DNA of 32,000 nt from an uncultured Planctomycetia bacterium (GCA_964536865.1 CAZHYN010000001.1:120001-152000), one strand, 5' to 3'. Positions 15,034 to 23,366 are shown, counted from the stretch's first letter. The notes: generated by a model not told the origin, from the letters alone. A program made the numbers and translations.

Positions 15034-16854
15034 TTGCTGGGGCACATGTGGGAAGATAAAGTTTTAAAAGTTGCTTTTTCTATTCATTCAAATCCTGGCA
15101 TATATGCATTGTTGTTGGGTTCTGGAACATCAAGAGAAGCAGGTATTCCTACAGGATGGGAAATAGTAGGAGATTTAATTAAAAAACTTGCCTTTGTTCA
15201 GACCAAAGAGTCATTATCAGATCCCTATAAATGGTATGAAGAAAAATTTGGAGAGAAACCAGATTATTCAAAAATTTTAGAAAAGTTAGCAAGTACTCCT
15301 ATAGAGAGGCAGTCGCTTTTAAGAAGATATTTTGAGCCTACAGAGGAAGAAAAAGAACAAAGAATTAAAATCCCTACAGATACTCATAGGAGTATAGCTA
15401 AATTAGTTAAATATGGATATGTGAAGGTTATTGTCACTACTAATTTTGATCGTTTATTAGAGAAAGCCTTAGGAGAAAAAGGAATAACACCAGTTGTTAT
15501 CAGTACCGATGATGAATTAGAAGGAGCTATTCCTTATGTTCATTCCAATTGCACTTTGATAAAAGTTAATGGAGATTATTTAGATACACGTTTAAGAAAT
15601 ACGATGGGTGAATTGGAAACCTATTCAGAGAAATTGACTTCATTGCTCGAAGAAATTTTTGAAAGATTTGGATTAATTGTGTGTGGATGGTCGGCGAAAT
15701 GGGATATTGCTTTAAGAGATACCATTTTAAGAATAAAAAATAGAAGATTCCCTATGTATTGGCTTTCTAAAGAAGAGGTTACAGAGGAAGCGAAAAGGGT
15801 TATTTCACATAGGCAGGCAGATGTTATAAATATCGAAAGTGCCGATAAGTTTTTTGTTGAACTTTTAGAGAAGATCGAATCTTTACGAGAGTTCGAAAGC
15901 CCACATCCTTTATCTTACAAAGAGGCTGCTATAACTGTTAAACGTTATTTGTCAGATGAAAAGAAAAATAGGATTAAGCTTTATGAGCTTATCGATGAAG
16001 AAACAGAAAAAGTATGGAAAATTTTAGCTTCAGAATATTTTAATATTCAAAAGTTAAAACTTGAACGTAGTTTGATTCAGAAAAGAATACATGAGTATGA
16101 AGAATTGGTAAAACCCCTTATGAATATGCTAATGCCCATTGCTTATTTTAGCAAGGAAGAAGATAATATGCGCTTGATTTCCAGAGCAATAGAACGAATC
16201 GCGCAACCGCATCAGCGAGCTGGCGTTGTAGCATTGATACAATTTCAACATTACCCTGCTTTACTTTTGCTATATGCAGCTGGTCTTGTAAGTTTAGCTA
16301 ATGAAAATTGGAAGGTTTTAAAAGCAGCTTTATTGGAACCACAATATCAAGCTGATAATGAGAAACAACCAATTTTAGAATATATCGAGCCATATTATAT
16401 TTTAAGAAGATTAGGATTTAATAATAATGCAAAAAATAGAATTCTATCTGAAAATGACTATTTATTTTTTCTATTATCTGATTTTGTTAACGAATATATA
16501 CCTGACAAAAATAAATATGAAGAAATATTTGATATTTTTGAATTTTTAATGGCAGTAACTTATGTTTATCAAGTAGTTTTTGTCTATGGGAGTGAAGAAG
16601 ATAAGAAAACATTTAAAGAATCTGAGTATTTACCTACTAAGTTGATTGTTGGACGATTTGCACGGAAATACTTTAGTTGGCATCCCTCTAGAGATTTTGA
16701 AAAGTCTCCAATTGCTAGATTTATAAACGAGGGGATAAAACAAGGTAATGAATGGGGGTTATTGAAAGAAGGATTCTTCGGAGGCTTTATAGAAACGTTT
16801 AAATTGTGCTGTAAAAAATATATAAACACCTTGAGAAAGGTAAGAATCTCTTAA
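15034..16854 (+). CDS. SIR2-like (SIR2_2 type) N-domain protein with uncharacterised ~320-aa C-terminal region
   Basis: LLLGSGTSREAGIPTGWEIVGDL (GAG-S...G-P-W pattern), VIVTTNFDRLLEKAL (TTNYD pattern), LIKVNGDY (position of the KLHG motif). TTG 15034 lies 2 nt after the upstream stop; ATG 15046 is an alternative. Confidence 0.65.
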   Translation: MLGHMWEDKVLKVAFSIHSNPGIYALLLGSGTSREAGIPTGWEIVGDLIKKLAFVQTKESLSDPYKWYEEKFGEKPDYSKILEKLASTPIERQSLLRRYFEPTEEEKEQRIKIPTDTHRSIAKLVKYGYVKVIVTTNFDRLLEKALGEKGITPVVISTDDELEGAIPYVHSNCTLIKVNGDYLDTRLRNTMGELETYSEKLTSLLEEIFERFGLIVCGWSAKWDIALRDTILRIKNRRFPMYWLSKEEVTEEAKRVISHRQADVINIESADKFFVELLEKIESLREFESPHPLSYKEAAITVKRYLSDEKKNRIKLYELIDEETEKVWKILASEYFNIQKLKLERSLIQKRIHEYEELVKPLMNMLMPIAYFSKEEDNMRLISRAIERIAQPHQRAGVVALIQFQHYPALLLLYAAGLVSLANENWKVLKAALLEPQYQADNEKQPILEYIEPYYILRRLGFNNNAKNRILSENDYLFFLLSDFVNEYIPDKNKYEEIFDIFEFLMAVTYVYQVVFVYGSEEDKKTFKESEYLPTKLIVGRFARKYFSWHPSRDFEKSPIARFINEGIKQGNEWGLLKEGFFGGFIETFKLCCKKYINTLRKVRIS

Positions 16855-16857
16855 GTT

Positions 16858-18177
16858 ATGGGAGAAGAATTTAAACAAACAGAGATTGGTAAGATACCGA
16901 AGGAGTGGGAGGTGGTGAGGTTGGGGGAGGTGGTATCAGTATTGAGAAATGGGCTAACTACTAAGCAAAATAAAGAAAAGATAGGTTATCCAGTTACCAG
17001 AATTGAGACGATTTCGGACGAGACAATTGATCAAAGTAAGTTTGGGTATCTAACAAGAGTAAGCGAAAAAGAAATCAAAGAGTATGGGTTGGTTAAAGAC
17101 GACATATTGTTCAGCCACATAAATAGCTTAGCGCACATAGGAAAGACAGCAATCTACAGAGGAATTCCTAGAACTCTGTTGCATGGGATGAATCTGTTAC
17201 TCCTGCGACCAAATAAGCAGAAAGTTAATCCGGTGTTTTTCCTGATGCTATTAAGATTTCTCAGAATGAAGAAGATTTTTGCAAACATGTCTAAAAAAGC
17301 TGTAAATCAAGCCTCGATCAATCAAACAGAACTTAAGAAACTAAAACTACCCCTCCCTCCACTTCCAGAACAACAAAAAATCGCTGAGATTCTTTCAACT
17401 ATGGATGAAGCTATTGAAAAAGTAGATTCTGCCATAGCAAGAACCGAACGGCTCAAAAAGGGCTTGATGCAGGAACTTCTGAATGGGAGTCTGAGAGTCG
17501 GAGAGTCAATGAGTCTAAGAGTCAGAGAGTTAGGAGAGTTTAAGGATACAGAAATCGGCAGGATACCGAAGGAGTGGGAGGTTGTGAGGTTAAAGGAAGT
17601 AGTAGATTTGCTTAGAAATGGTTTAGTTACAAAGCAAAACAAGGATGAAAAAGGTATACCTGTAACACGCATAGAAACGATTTCAGACGAGAGAATTGAT
17701 ACGCAAAAAATTGGCTATATTGAGAAAATATCAGAAGAGGAAATTTCAGAGTACAAACTTCAAAAAGGAGATATACTTTTCAGCCATATCAATAGTCTTG
17801 CACATATAGGAAAAACAGCAATATATGATGGCGAACCTTCCTTATTGCTACACGGAATGAACCTGCTCCTTTTGAGACCACAGAGAACAACCATTGAGCC
17901 TTTTTACCTTTTATATTTATTAAAGTATTACAGAGCCAAGGCAATTTTCAGACACATGTCGAAAAAGGCAGTTAATCAAGCATCGATTAACCAGACAGAA
18001 TTAGGTAGGCTTAGAATTCCATTTCCCCCTCTCCCAGAACAACAAAAAATTGCTGAAATCCTGTCAACTGTTGATAAAAGGCTGGAGCTATTGAGAGAGA
18101 AAAAAGAAAAATTGGAAAGAATAAAGAAAGGATTAATGAATGACCTGCTAACAGGGAAAAAGAGAGTAGTGTTATGA
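16858..18177 (+). CDS. hsdS: type I restriction-modification specificity subunit S
   Basis: Two target-recognition halves, each ending in the conserved LP-LPEQQKIAEILST helix. Starts 3 nt after the SIR2-like stop. Confidence 0.95.
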   Translation: MGEEFKQTEIGKIPKEWEVVRLGEVVSVLRNGLTTKQNKEKIGYPVTRIETISDETIDQSKFGYLTRVSEKEIKEYGLVKDDILFSHINSLAHIGKTAIYRGIPRTLLHGMNLLLLRPNKQKVNPVFFLMLLRFLRMKKIFANMSKKAVNQASINQTELKKLKLPLPPLPEQQKIAEILSTMDEAIEKVDSAIARTERLKKGLMQELLNGSLRVGESMSLRVRELGEFKDTEIGRIPKEWEVVRLKEVVDLLRNGLVTKQNKDEKGIPVTRIETISDERIDTQKIGYIEKISEEEISEYKLQKGDILFSHINSLAHIGKTAIYDGEPSLLLHGMNLLLLRPQRTTIEPFYLLYLLKYYRAKAIFRHMSKKAVNQASINQTELGRLRIPFPPLPEQQKIAEILSTVDKRLELLREKKEKLERIKKGLMNDLLTGKKRVVL

Positions 18178-18556
18178 GTAGACGGCATACAGTAAACAGT
18201 AGACAGGGAAAGGCAGAGAGATTTGAGCAGTTAGAAGTATGGAAAAAGGCACATGAGTTGGTTCTTAAAATAACAAAATTACAAAAGATTTTCCTTCAGA
18301 GGAAAAATTTGGATTAGTTTCACAAATGCGACGTGCTGCTGTATCAATCCCTGCTAATATCGCTGAGGGATTTAAAAAGTATGGCTTAAAAGATAAGAGG
18401 AACTTTTATAACATAGCACAAGGCTCTCTTGAGGAATTAAGATACTATTTAATTTTATCAAAGGAACTTGGATATTGTGAAAATACAGATGAATTTTATA
18501 AAGCAATAGATACAATTGGGAAAATGTTATATGGCCTTATTAAAAGTATACAGTAG
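18174..18556 (+). pseudogene. four-helix-bundle protein (23S rRNA IVS-protein family), frameshifted
   Basis: The N-terminal part (ATG 18174, ...EQLEVWKKAHELVLKI) and the body (DFPSEEKFGLVSQMRRAAVSIPANIAEG..., listed ORF 18326..18556) lie in different frames. The shift falls in the A-rich run near 18265-18285. Flanked by a perfect 15-bp inverted repeat (18192-18206 / 18623-18637). Confidence 0.7.
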
Positions 18557-18658
18557 GCAGTCTACAGCAAACAGGGAATTCGTTGTCAAACAATCTCCCT
18601 GCAGTCTACTGTCTACCGTCTACTGTCTACTGTTTACAAACTCAAAGGAGCACCAAAG

Positions 18659-21600
18659 ATGGCCTTTGATGAAAAACGCCTTGTAGAAGACTATATTATT
18701 AAACAACTTGAAGAGAAAGGATGGAGGTTTGTCCCTGCTAATGCCCTTGAAAGGGACAGCTATGAAGAACCTTTACTTATTCCAAATCTCAGAAGGGCGT
18801 TGGAAAGGATAAATAAAGAATCTGGTATTGGGGATGAGGAAATAAACAAGGCTTTAAATGAACTTAAACTTACCGGTACAGGTATAGAGGGAGCTAAACG
18901 CATTCTTAACTTCTATAAGTTTGGTATTCCAGTGAAGTTTGAGAAAGAGAAAGTGGTAAAGTATATCCAGCTTTTTGATTTTCAAGACATTGAAAACAAC
19001 GAATTCATAGTTTCAAGGCAGGTTTATTTTTATGGTAGGGAAGCCATAAGAACGGACATTATACTCTATGTAAACGGTATTCCTCTGGTAAATATCGAGT
19101 GTAAAAACCCGACAAGTTTGACTGAAAGCTGGCATACCGCTTACAGGCAGATTAAGGATTATGAAAGGCTTGTACCCGAGCTTTATAAATATATTCAGAT
19201 AGGAATAGGAGCTGAGAGTATTGCAAGATATTTCCCCATCGTTCCTTGGCAAGATGAACCTGTGATACACGAATGGCGTGATGAAAAGAAGGATTCAATT
19301 GACTCTACGGTTGAGATGCTATCAAGAAATATCTTGCTTGATATTATTAAAAACTACCTCTTTTATAGAGAATGGAGAGGGGAAGCAACTAAGGTCATAA
19401 CCAGATATATGCAGTATAGAGCTGCTAATAAGATGGTAGATAGGGTCATCAAAAATCTCAAAGGGGAGGAGAAGAAAAATAAAGGCCTTGTATGGCATTG
19501 GCAGGGAAGCGGAAAGACTCTTACCATGCTCTTTGCTGCCAACAAACTTTATTACGCAAAGGAACTCGAGAATCCCACGATATTTTTTATTGTCGATAGG
19601 ATTGAGCTCGAAGACCAGCTTTACAAGGAATTCTATTCTTTAGATATTGTCAAACCGGAGATTATAGGTTCAGTGGATGAACTCAAGGGAATTCTTCAAT
19701 TTGATGATTATCGGGGTAAGCGAGGAGTATTTATAACACTCATTCATAAATTCAGGCCTGAGGAACTTAAAGAACTTTATAAAGAACTCGATGAAGTCAC
19801 AAGATATAAGGAAACAATTATGAACAGAAAAAATGTTATAGCCTTCATTGATGAGGGTCATAGAACCCAATATGGGCTGTTGGCTGCTCAAATGAAGAGT
19901 ATTCTTAAAAGTGCTTTTTTCTTTGCCCTTACTGGAACACCTATATCAAAAAAGGGTAGAGATACCTACCTGGAATTTAGCTATCCACCAGACGAGGTTT
20001 ATCTTGATAGGTATTTCATAACAGATTCCATAAGAGATGGCTTTACAGTAAAGATTGCCTATCAGCCAAGGCTTGAGAAAGAAGTCCATCTGAGGAAAGA
20101 TTTACTTAAAGCATTTTTAGAGGCAGAAGAGGAAGAACTGCCTGAGGAGATAAGAGATGATATAAAAGGCAGAATTAAAAAGAGGTTGAATGCTATAAAG
20201 GTAGTGCTTGAAAATCCACAGCGTATAAAGGTAATAGCAGAGGATATAGCAAAACATTTTAAGGAGCATATTGACGGGAAGTTTAAAGCCATGGTGGTAG
20301 CAGGTAGTAGAAAGGCCTGCCATATCTATAAACAAGAACTTGATAGACACCTGCCACCAGAATATTCAGAGATAGTGATGACATATAGAAGAGACGATGA
20401 ACAGCCCCTTGTGAAGAGGATTGCAGAGACACGAGAAAGATATGGAAATAGAGATATATCTGATATAAGAAAGGATATAGTAGAGAAGTTTAAAGAAGAA
20501 GCATTCCCTAAAATACTTATTGTCACTGATATGCTTCTTACAGGATTTGATGCTCCTATTTTGCAAGTTATGTATCTTGATAAACTACTTAAAGAACATA
20601 GACTTCTCCAAGCAGTGGCGAGGACGAATAGACCATATAAAGATTTAAAAGAAGGAGGCCTTATAATTGATTATGTAGGAATACTCAAGGAATTTAGGAA
20701 AGCCCTTGAGATGTATAATGAAGAGGATATTAGACTGGCACTTACAAGCTTCGACGGGATCAGGGAAGAATTTGCCTTACTCCTCAGAGAGATTCTTGAA
20801 ATACTTAAAGAAGTATCCAGAAATTATGAGAGGGAAGTACTCCTTAAAGCTTGTGAAATACTCACCACTGAGAAGACAAAAGAAAAGGAATTCATTGAGA
20901 AATATAAAAGTTTAAGAAAGGCCTTTGAGCTCCTTGGTCCTGACGAAATTAAACTTGAATATTTCGAAGATTATAAATGGATTTCAGCGATTTATACATA
21001 CTACATGAGAACAGTACTACAGAAACCACCTGTTGAAGAATATGTAGAGAGGTATTACGAGAAAACTGTAAGATTCATACATAAGGCTACAGAGATAAAA
21101 AAGTTGGAAACAGACCTGCCAATAGTAGCTTTTGACGAAGGATACCTTAAGGCGCTTGAGGAGAGGGTTAAAAGCAGGAAGGAGAAAGCTGCTAACATTC
21201 TTTTTACACTAAATAGATTAGTTCTCGTTGAAAGACACAGAAACCCTATTTATGAGTCTCTCGTAGAAAAAGTTGAAAGACTGCTTGAGCTCTGGAAGGA
21301 GAAAACAAAGGATTATGAAAGGATATACAGAGAAGGTGTAATAGCAATCAATGAAATAAAGTCTCTTTCTGAAAGACAAAAATCATTGGGCTTTTCTGAC
21401 CTTGAATATTCGCTACTGCTTGCTCTTGAAGAAAAATTTGGTAAAGAGGAAGAATTGGTAAGTGAGGTAAGAGATATATCAGAAAGGCTTAAAAACTATA
21501 TGTTTCCTGGTTGGTTTAATCAGCCTACCGTAGAAAAAAATGTAGAAAGAGAAGTAAGGAGATTTGTTAGGGGATTTAAGGGAAAGTATAGCATGACTTT

Positions 21601-21664
21601 GGAAGAAATGGACCAACTTTATAAGAAACTTATTGAAAGAGTAAAGAACTATGGGACTTCATAA
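18659..21664 (+). CDS. hsdR: type I restriction enzyme R subunit
   Basis: N-terminal PD-(D/E)xK (DIILYVNGIPLVNIECK), Walker A WQGSGKTLTM, DEAH-type box FIDEGHRTQ, motif VI QAVARTNR. Confidence 0.95.
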   Translation: MAFDEKRLVEDYIIKQLEEKGWRFVPANALERDSYEEPLLIPNLRRALERINKESGIGDEEINKALNELKLTGTGIEGAKRILNFYKFGIPVKFEKEKVVKYIQLFDFQDIENNEFIVSRQVYFYGREAIRTDIILYVNGIPLVNIECKNPTSLTESWHTAYRQIKDYERLVPELYKYIQIGIGAESIARYFPIVPWQDEPVIHEWRDEKKDSIDSTVEMLSRNILLDIIKNYLFYREWRGEATKVITRYMQYRAANKMVDRVIKNLKGEEKKNKGLVWHWQGSGKTLTMLFAANKLYYAKELENPTIFFIVDRIELEDQLYKEFYSLDIVKPEIIGSVDELKGILQFDDYRGKRGVFITLIHKFRPEELKELYKELDEVTRYKETIMNRKNVIAFIDEGHRTQYGLLAAQMKSILKSAFFFALTGTPISKKGRDTYLEFSYPPDEVYLDRYFITDSIRDGFTVKIAYQPRLEKEVHLRKDLLKAFLEAEEEELPEEIRDDIKGRIKKRLNAIKVVLENPQRIKVIAEDIAKHFKEHIDGKFKAMVVAGSRKACHIYKQELDRHLPPEYSEIVMTYRRDDEQPLVKRIAETRERYGNRDISDIRKDIVEKFKEEAFPKILIVTDMLLTGFDAPILQVMYLDKLLKEHRLLQAVARTNRPYKDLKEGGLIIDYVGILKEFRKALEMYNEEDIRLALTSFDGIREEFALLLREILEILKEVSRNYEREVLLKACEILTTEKTKEKEFIEKYKSLRKAFELLGPDEIKLEYFEDYKWISAIYTYYMRTVLQKPPVEEYVERYYEKTVRFIHKATEIKKLETDLPIVAFDEGYLKALEERVKSRKEKAANILFTLNRLVLVERHRNPIYESLVEKVERLLELWKEKTKDYERIYREGVIAINEIKSLSERQKSLGFSDLEYSLLLALEEKFGKEEELVSEVRDISERLKNYMFPGWFNQPTVEKNVEREVRRFVRGFKGKYSMTLEEMDQLYKKLIERVKNYGTS

Positions 21665-22199
21665 TATCCCATATATAGTTTCCTATAGAGCTGTGAAGTA
21701 TCCAAGATTAGAGTTTAAAACAGGAAAGCTTCTTATTGTTCTTCCTTTTGGAGCTAAGCCTGATATTCTTTTGGATAAGCATAAACATTGGATTATTAAG
21801 AAATCTGAATTTATAAAAAGATGCTTACAAAGTGCAAAGAATAAAAAATTAATCACAAGATCCGATGAAAAATTTAGGAAACTTATCGATTATTTTGTGA
21901 GAAAAACATCTAAAGATTTAAATGTTAAATTGAATCGCATCTATTTTAGAAAAATGAAGACAAAATGGGCATCCTTGAGTTCTGCGAAAAATCTAACAAT
22001 TAACTCACTTGTGAAACATTTGCCAGAGTATTTGATAAGATATGTGATTTTCCATGAACTGGTTCATATCATAGAGAAAAGACATAATGAGAAATTCTGG
22101 GAGATAGTCTCACACAGGTTTAAAAATTATCGAAAAATGGAAAGAGAAATGTTCATATATTGGTTTCTGGTTTCTAAAAAAGGAGGAGATCATGGCTGA
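21651..22199 (+). CDS. YgjP-like (DUF45/M48-type) metal-dependent hydrolase
   Basis: HExxH motif in VIFHELVHIIEKRHNEKFW. Overlaps the hsdR stop by 14 nt. Confidence 0.75.
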   Translation: MGLHNIPYIVSYRAVKYPRLEFKTGKLLIVLPFGAKPDILLDKHKHWIIKKSEFIKRCLQSAKNKKLITRSDEKFRKLIDYFVRKTSKDLNVKLNRIYFRKMKTKWASLSSAKNLTINSLVKHLPEYLIRYVIFHELVHIIEKRHNEKFWEIVSHRFKNYRKMEREMFIYWFLVSKKGGDHG

Positions 22200-22482
22200 A
22201 TTCACAGTTAGTGAAGTAATTGATGGTGATACTTTTAAAGTTAAGGAAGGTTGGAAATGGAATGAAAGGAAGGGCGATACTGTTCGTCCTACAGGTTATG
22301 ATGCTCCTGAGAAAGGAGAGCCGGGATATGAAGAAGCAAAAGAGAAACTTAGAAGGCTAATTTTGAATGAAAAAGTAAAAATTGAAAATCCTCAAACCAT
22401 AGATGACTGGGGCAGATTAGTGGCAGATGTTTATTATAAAGGGAAAAATCTTGCTGACTACTTTCCTGAATATAAAGTTTGA
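22192..22482 (+). CDS. short thermonuclease (SNase-like) family protein
   Basis: VIDGDTFKV...TVRPTGYDAPEKGEPGYEEAKE resembles the SNase DGDT...R..GIDAPE core. At 96 aa it is shorter than canonical SNases. Overlaps the upstream stop by 8 nt; AGGAGG RBS. Confidence 0.65.
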   Translation: MAEFTVSEVIDGDTFKVKEGWKWNERKGDTVRPTGYDAPEKGEPGYEEAKEKLRRLILNEKVKIENPQTIDDWGRLVADVYYKGKNLADYFPEYKV

Positions 22483-22584
22483 TAAGTTTTCTTTTCGTCC
22501 TGAGTTTTCTTGAGATACAGGCGGTGAGGATACGTCTTTTAAATATTTTGTTATACCCTTAAAATCTTTAAAATATTGGAATAT

Positions 22585-22700
22585 TTAATCACTTCCCATT
22601 TTCTCCCCCCACACCTCCTCAAACTCTCCTGAACCACGTAGGGTCTTAAGGGGATGCCCTATGTTCTTTTTTATCCACTTCCTCATTTTTCCTCATCCCA
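22585..22700 (-). pseudogene. decayed paralog of the 3' end of the gene at 24317..24619
   Basis: The minus strand reads ...KNEEVDKKEH... and ...GEFEEVWGEKMGSD* in two frames, versus KNKEVDKSAYREFERVWEEMKY* in the intact gene. DNA similarity is visible (TCCCACAC.C.CTCAAACTC, TTATCCACTTCCT). Confidence 0.35.
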
Positions 22701-22748
22701 ATACAAGCCTTCCTGACCGACACCCTTCTCAAAATTTGACATTTTTCT

Positions 22749-22925
22749 CATTCTCAAATTCTTAAGAATATTAGAATAATTTCTGCCTCCACATTGGAAT
22801 AGTTTCTGTCTCCATTTTATTTTTAGTCTTTCCCTTTACCATTCTCAAATTCTTAAGAACGTTGGAATAATCCCCAATCTTCATACCTACTTTCTCATTC
22901 TCAAATTCTTAAGAATATTGGAATA
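22749..22925. repeat. upstream cluster of the 30-bp palindromic repeat (R1-R3)
   Basis: CATTCTCAAATTCTTAAGAAYRTTRGAATA at 22749-22778, 22840-22869 and 22896-22925. Partial copies lie near 22561-22586 and 22790-22802. The core is a 28-bp imperfect palindrome centred on ATTCTT|AAGAAT. R3 contains the -35 (TTGGAA 22918-22923) of a TGn-TATAAT promoter (22938-22946). Confidence 0.85.
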
Positions 22926-22954
22926 TTTTAATGAATGTGATATAATTTAAGAAG

Positions 22955-23245
22955 ATGAAAAGCTCGCAAAAGAAGAATAAAAATTATCGTAAGTTAGAAA
23001 GGATTGTTAAAGGATTTGCAAATCATCGCAGAATTCAAATCTTAGAGCTTTTAGAGAAAAATCCAGAGTTGTCAGTTATTGAAATTACTCAAGAATTGAA
23101 TATGAATTTTAAGACTGCTTCTGAACACATAAGAAGGCTTGCTATCTCAGGTTTAATTATGAAAAGGTCTGATGGCAAAAGTATTCGTCACAAGCTTACA
23201 GAGAGAGGTCTAAAAGTTCTCAAATTCTTAAGAACATTGGAATAG
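22955..23245 (+). CDS. ArsR/SmtB-family winged-helix transcriptional regulator
   Basis: KGFANHRRIQILELLEKNPELSVIEITQELNMNFKTASEHIRRLAISGLI fits the ArsR wHTH pattern. The ATG lies only 8 nt after the -10, so the mRNA is probably leaderless. The last 10 codons are repeat copy R4. Confidence 0.8.
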   Translation: MKSSQKKNKNYRKLERIVKGFANHRRIQILELLEKNPELSVIEITQELNMNFKTASEHIRRLAISGLIMKRSDGKSIRHKLTERGLKVLKFLRTLE

Positions 23246-23366
23246 AAACCTTCAATTTTTTATATCCTTTTCTTTATTCTCAAATTCTTAAGAATATTAG
23301 AATAGCTCCTCTAATTTACTTTTTCAGTTTTCTTATCATTCTCAAATTCTTAAGAACATTGGAATG
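23215..23366. repeat. downstream cluster of the 30-bp palindromic repeat (R4-R6)
   Basis: Copies at 23215-23244 (inside the gene's 3' end), 23275-23304 and 23337-23366. Spacers are 30 and 32 bp. Confidence 0.85.

Noticed and set aside
19013-20915. Multiple short ORFs, antisense or in alternative frames, within hsdR
   Set aside because: Same reasoning: the hsdR frame carries nuclease, Walker A, DEAH-type and motif VI signatures across this span.
22749-23366. Possible CRISPR array (30-bp partly palindromic repeats with 26-32 bp spacers)
   Set aside because: The repeats are not identical (three variable positions). One spacer is 61 bp and another is a 289-bp protein-coding gene whose 3' end is itself a repeat. 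No cas genes or leader lie in the window. The in-frame stop pattern fits gene-end relics or operator sites better. It is kept as a finding but not called CRISPR.
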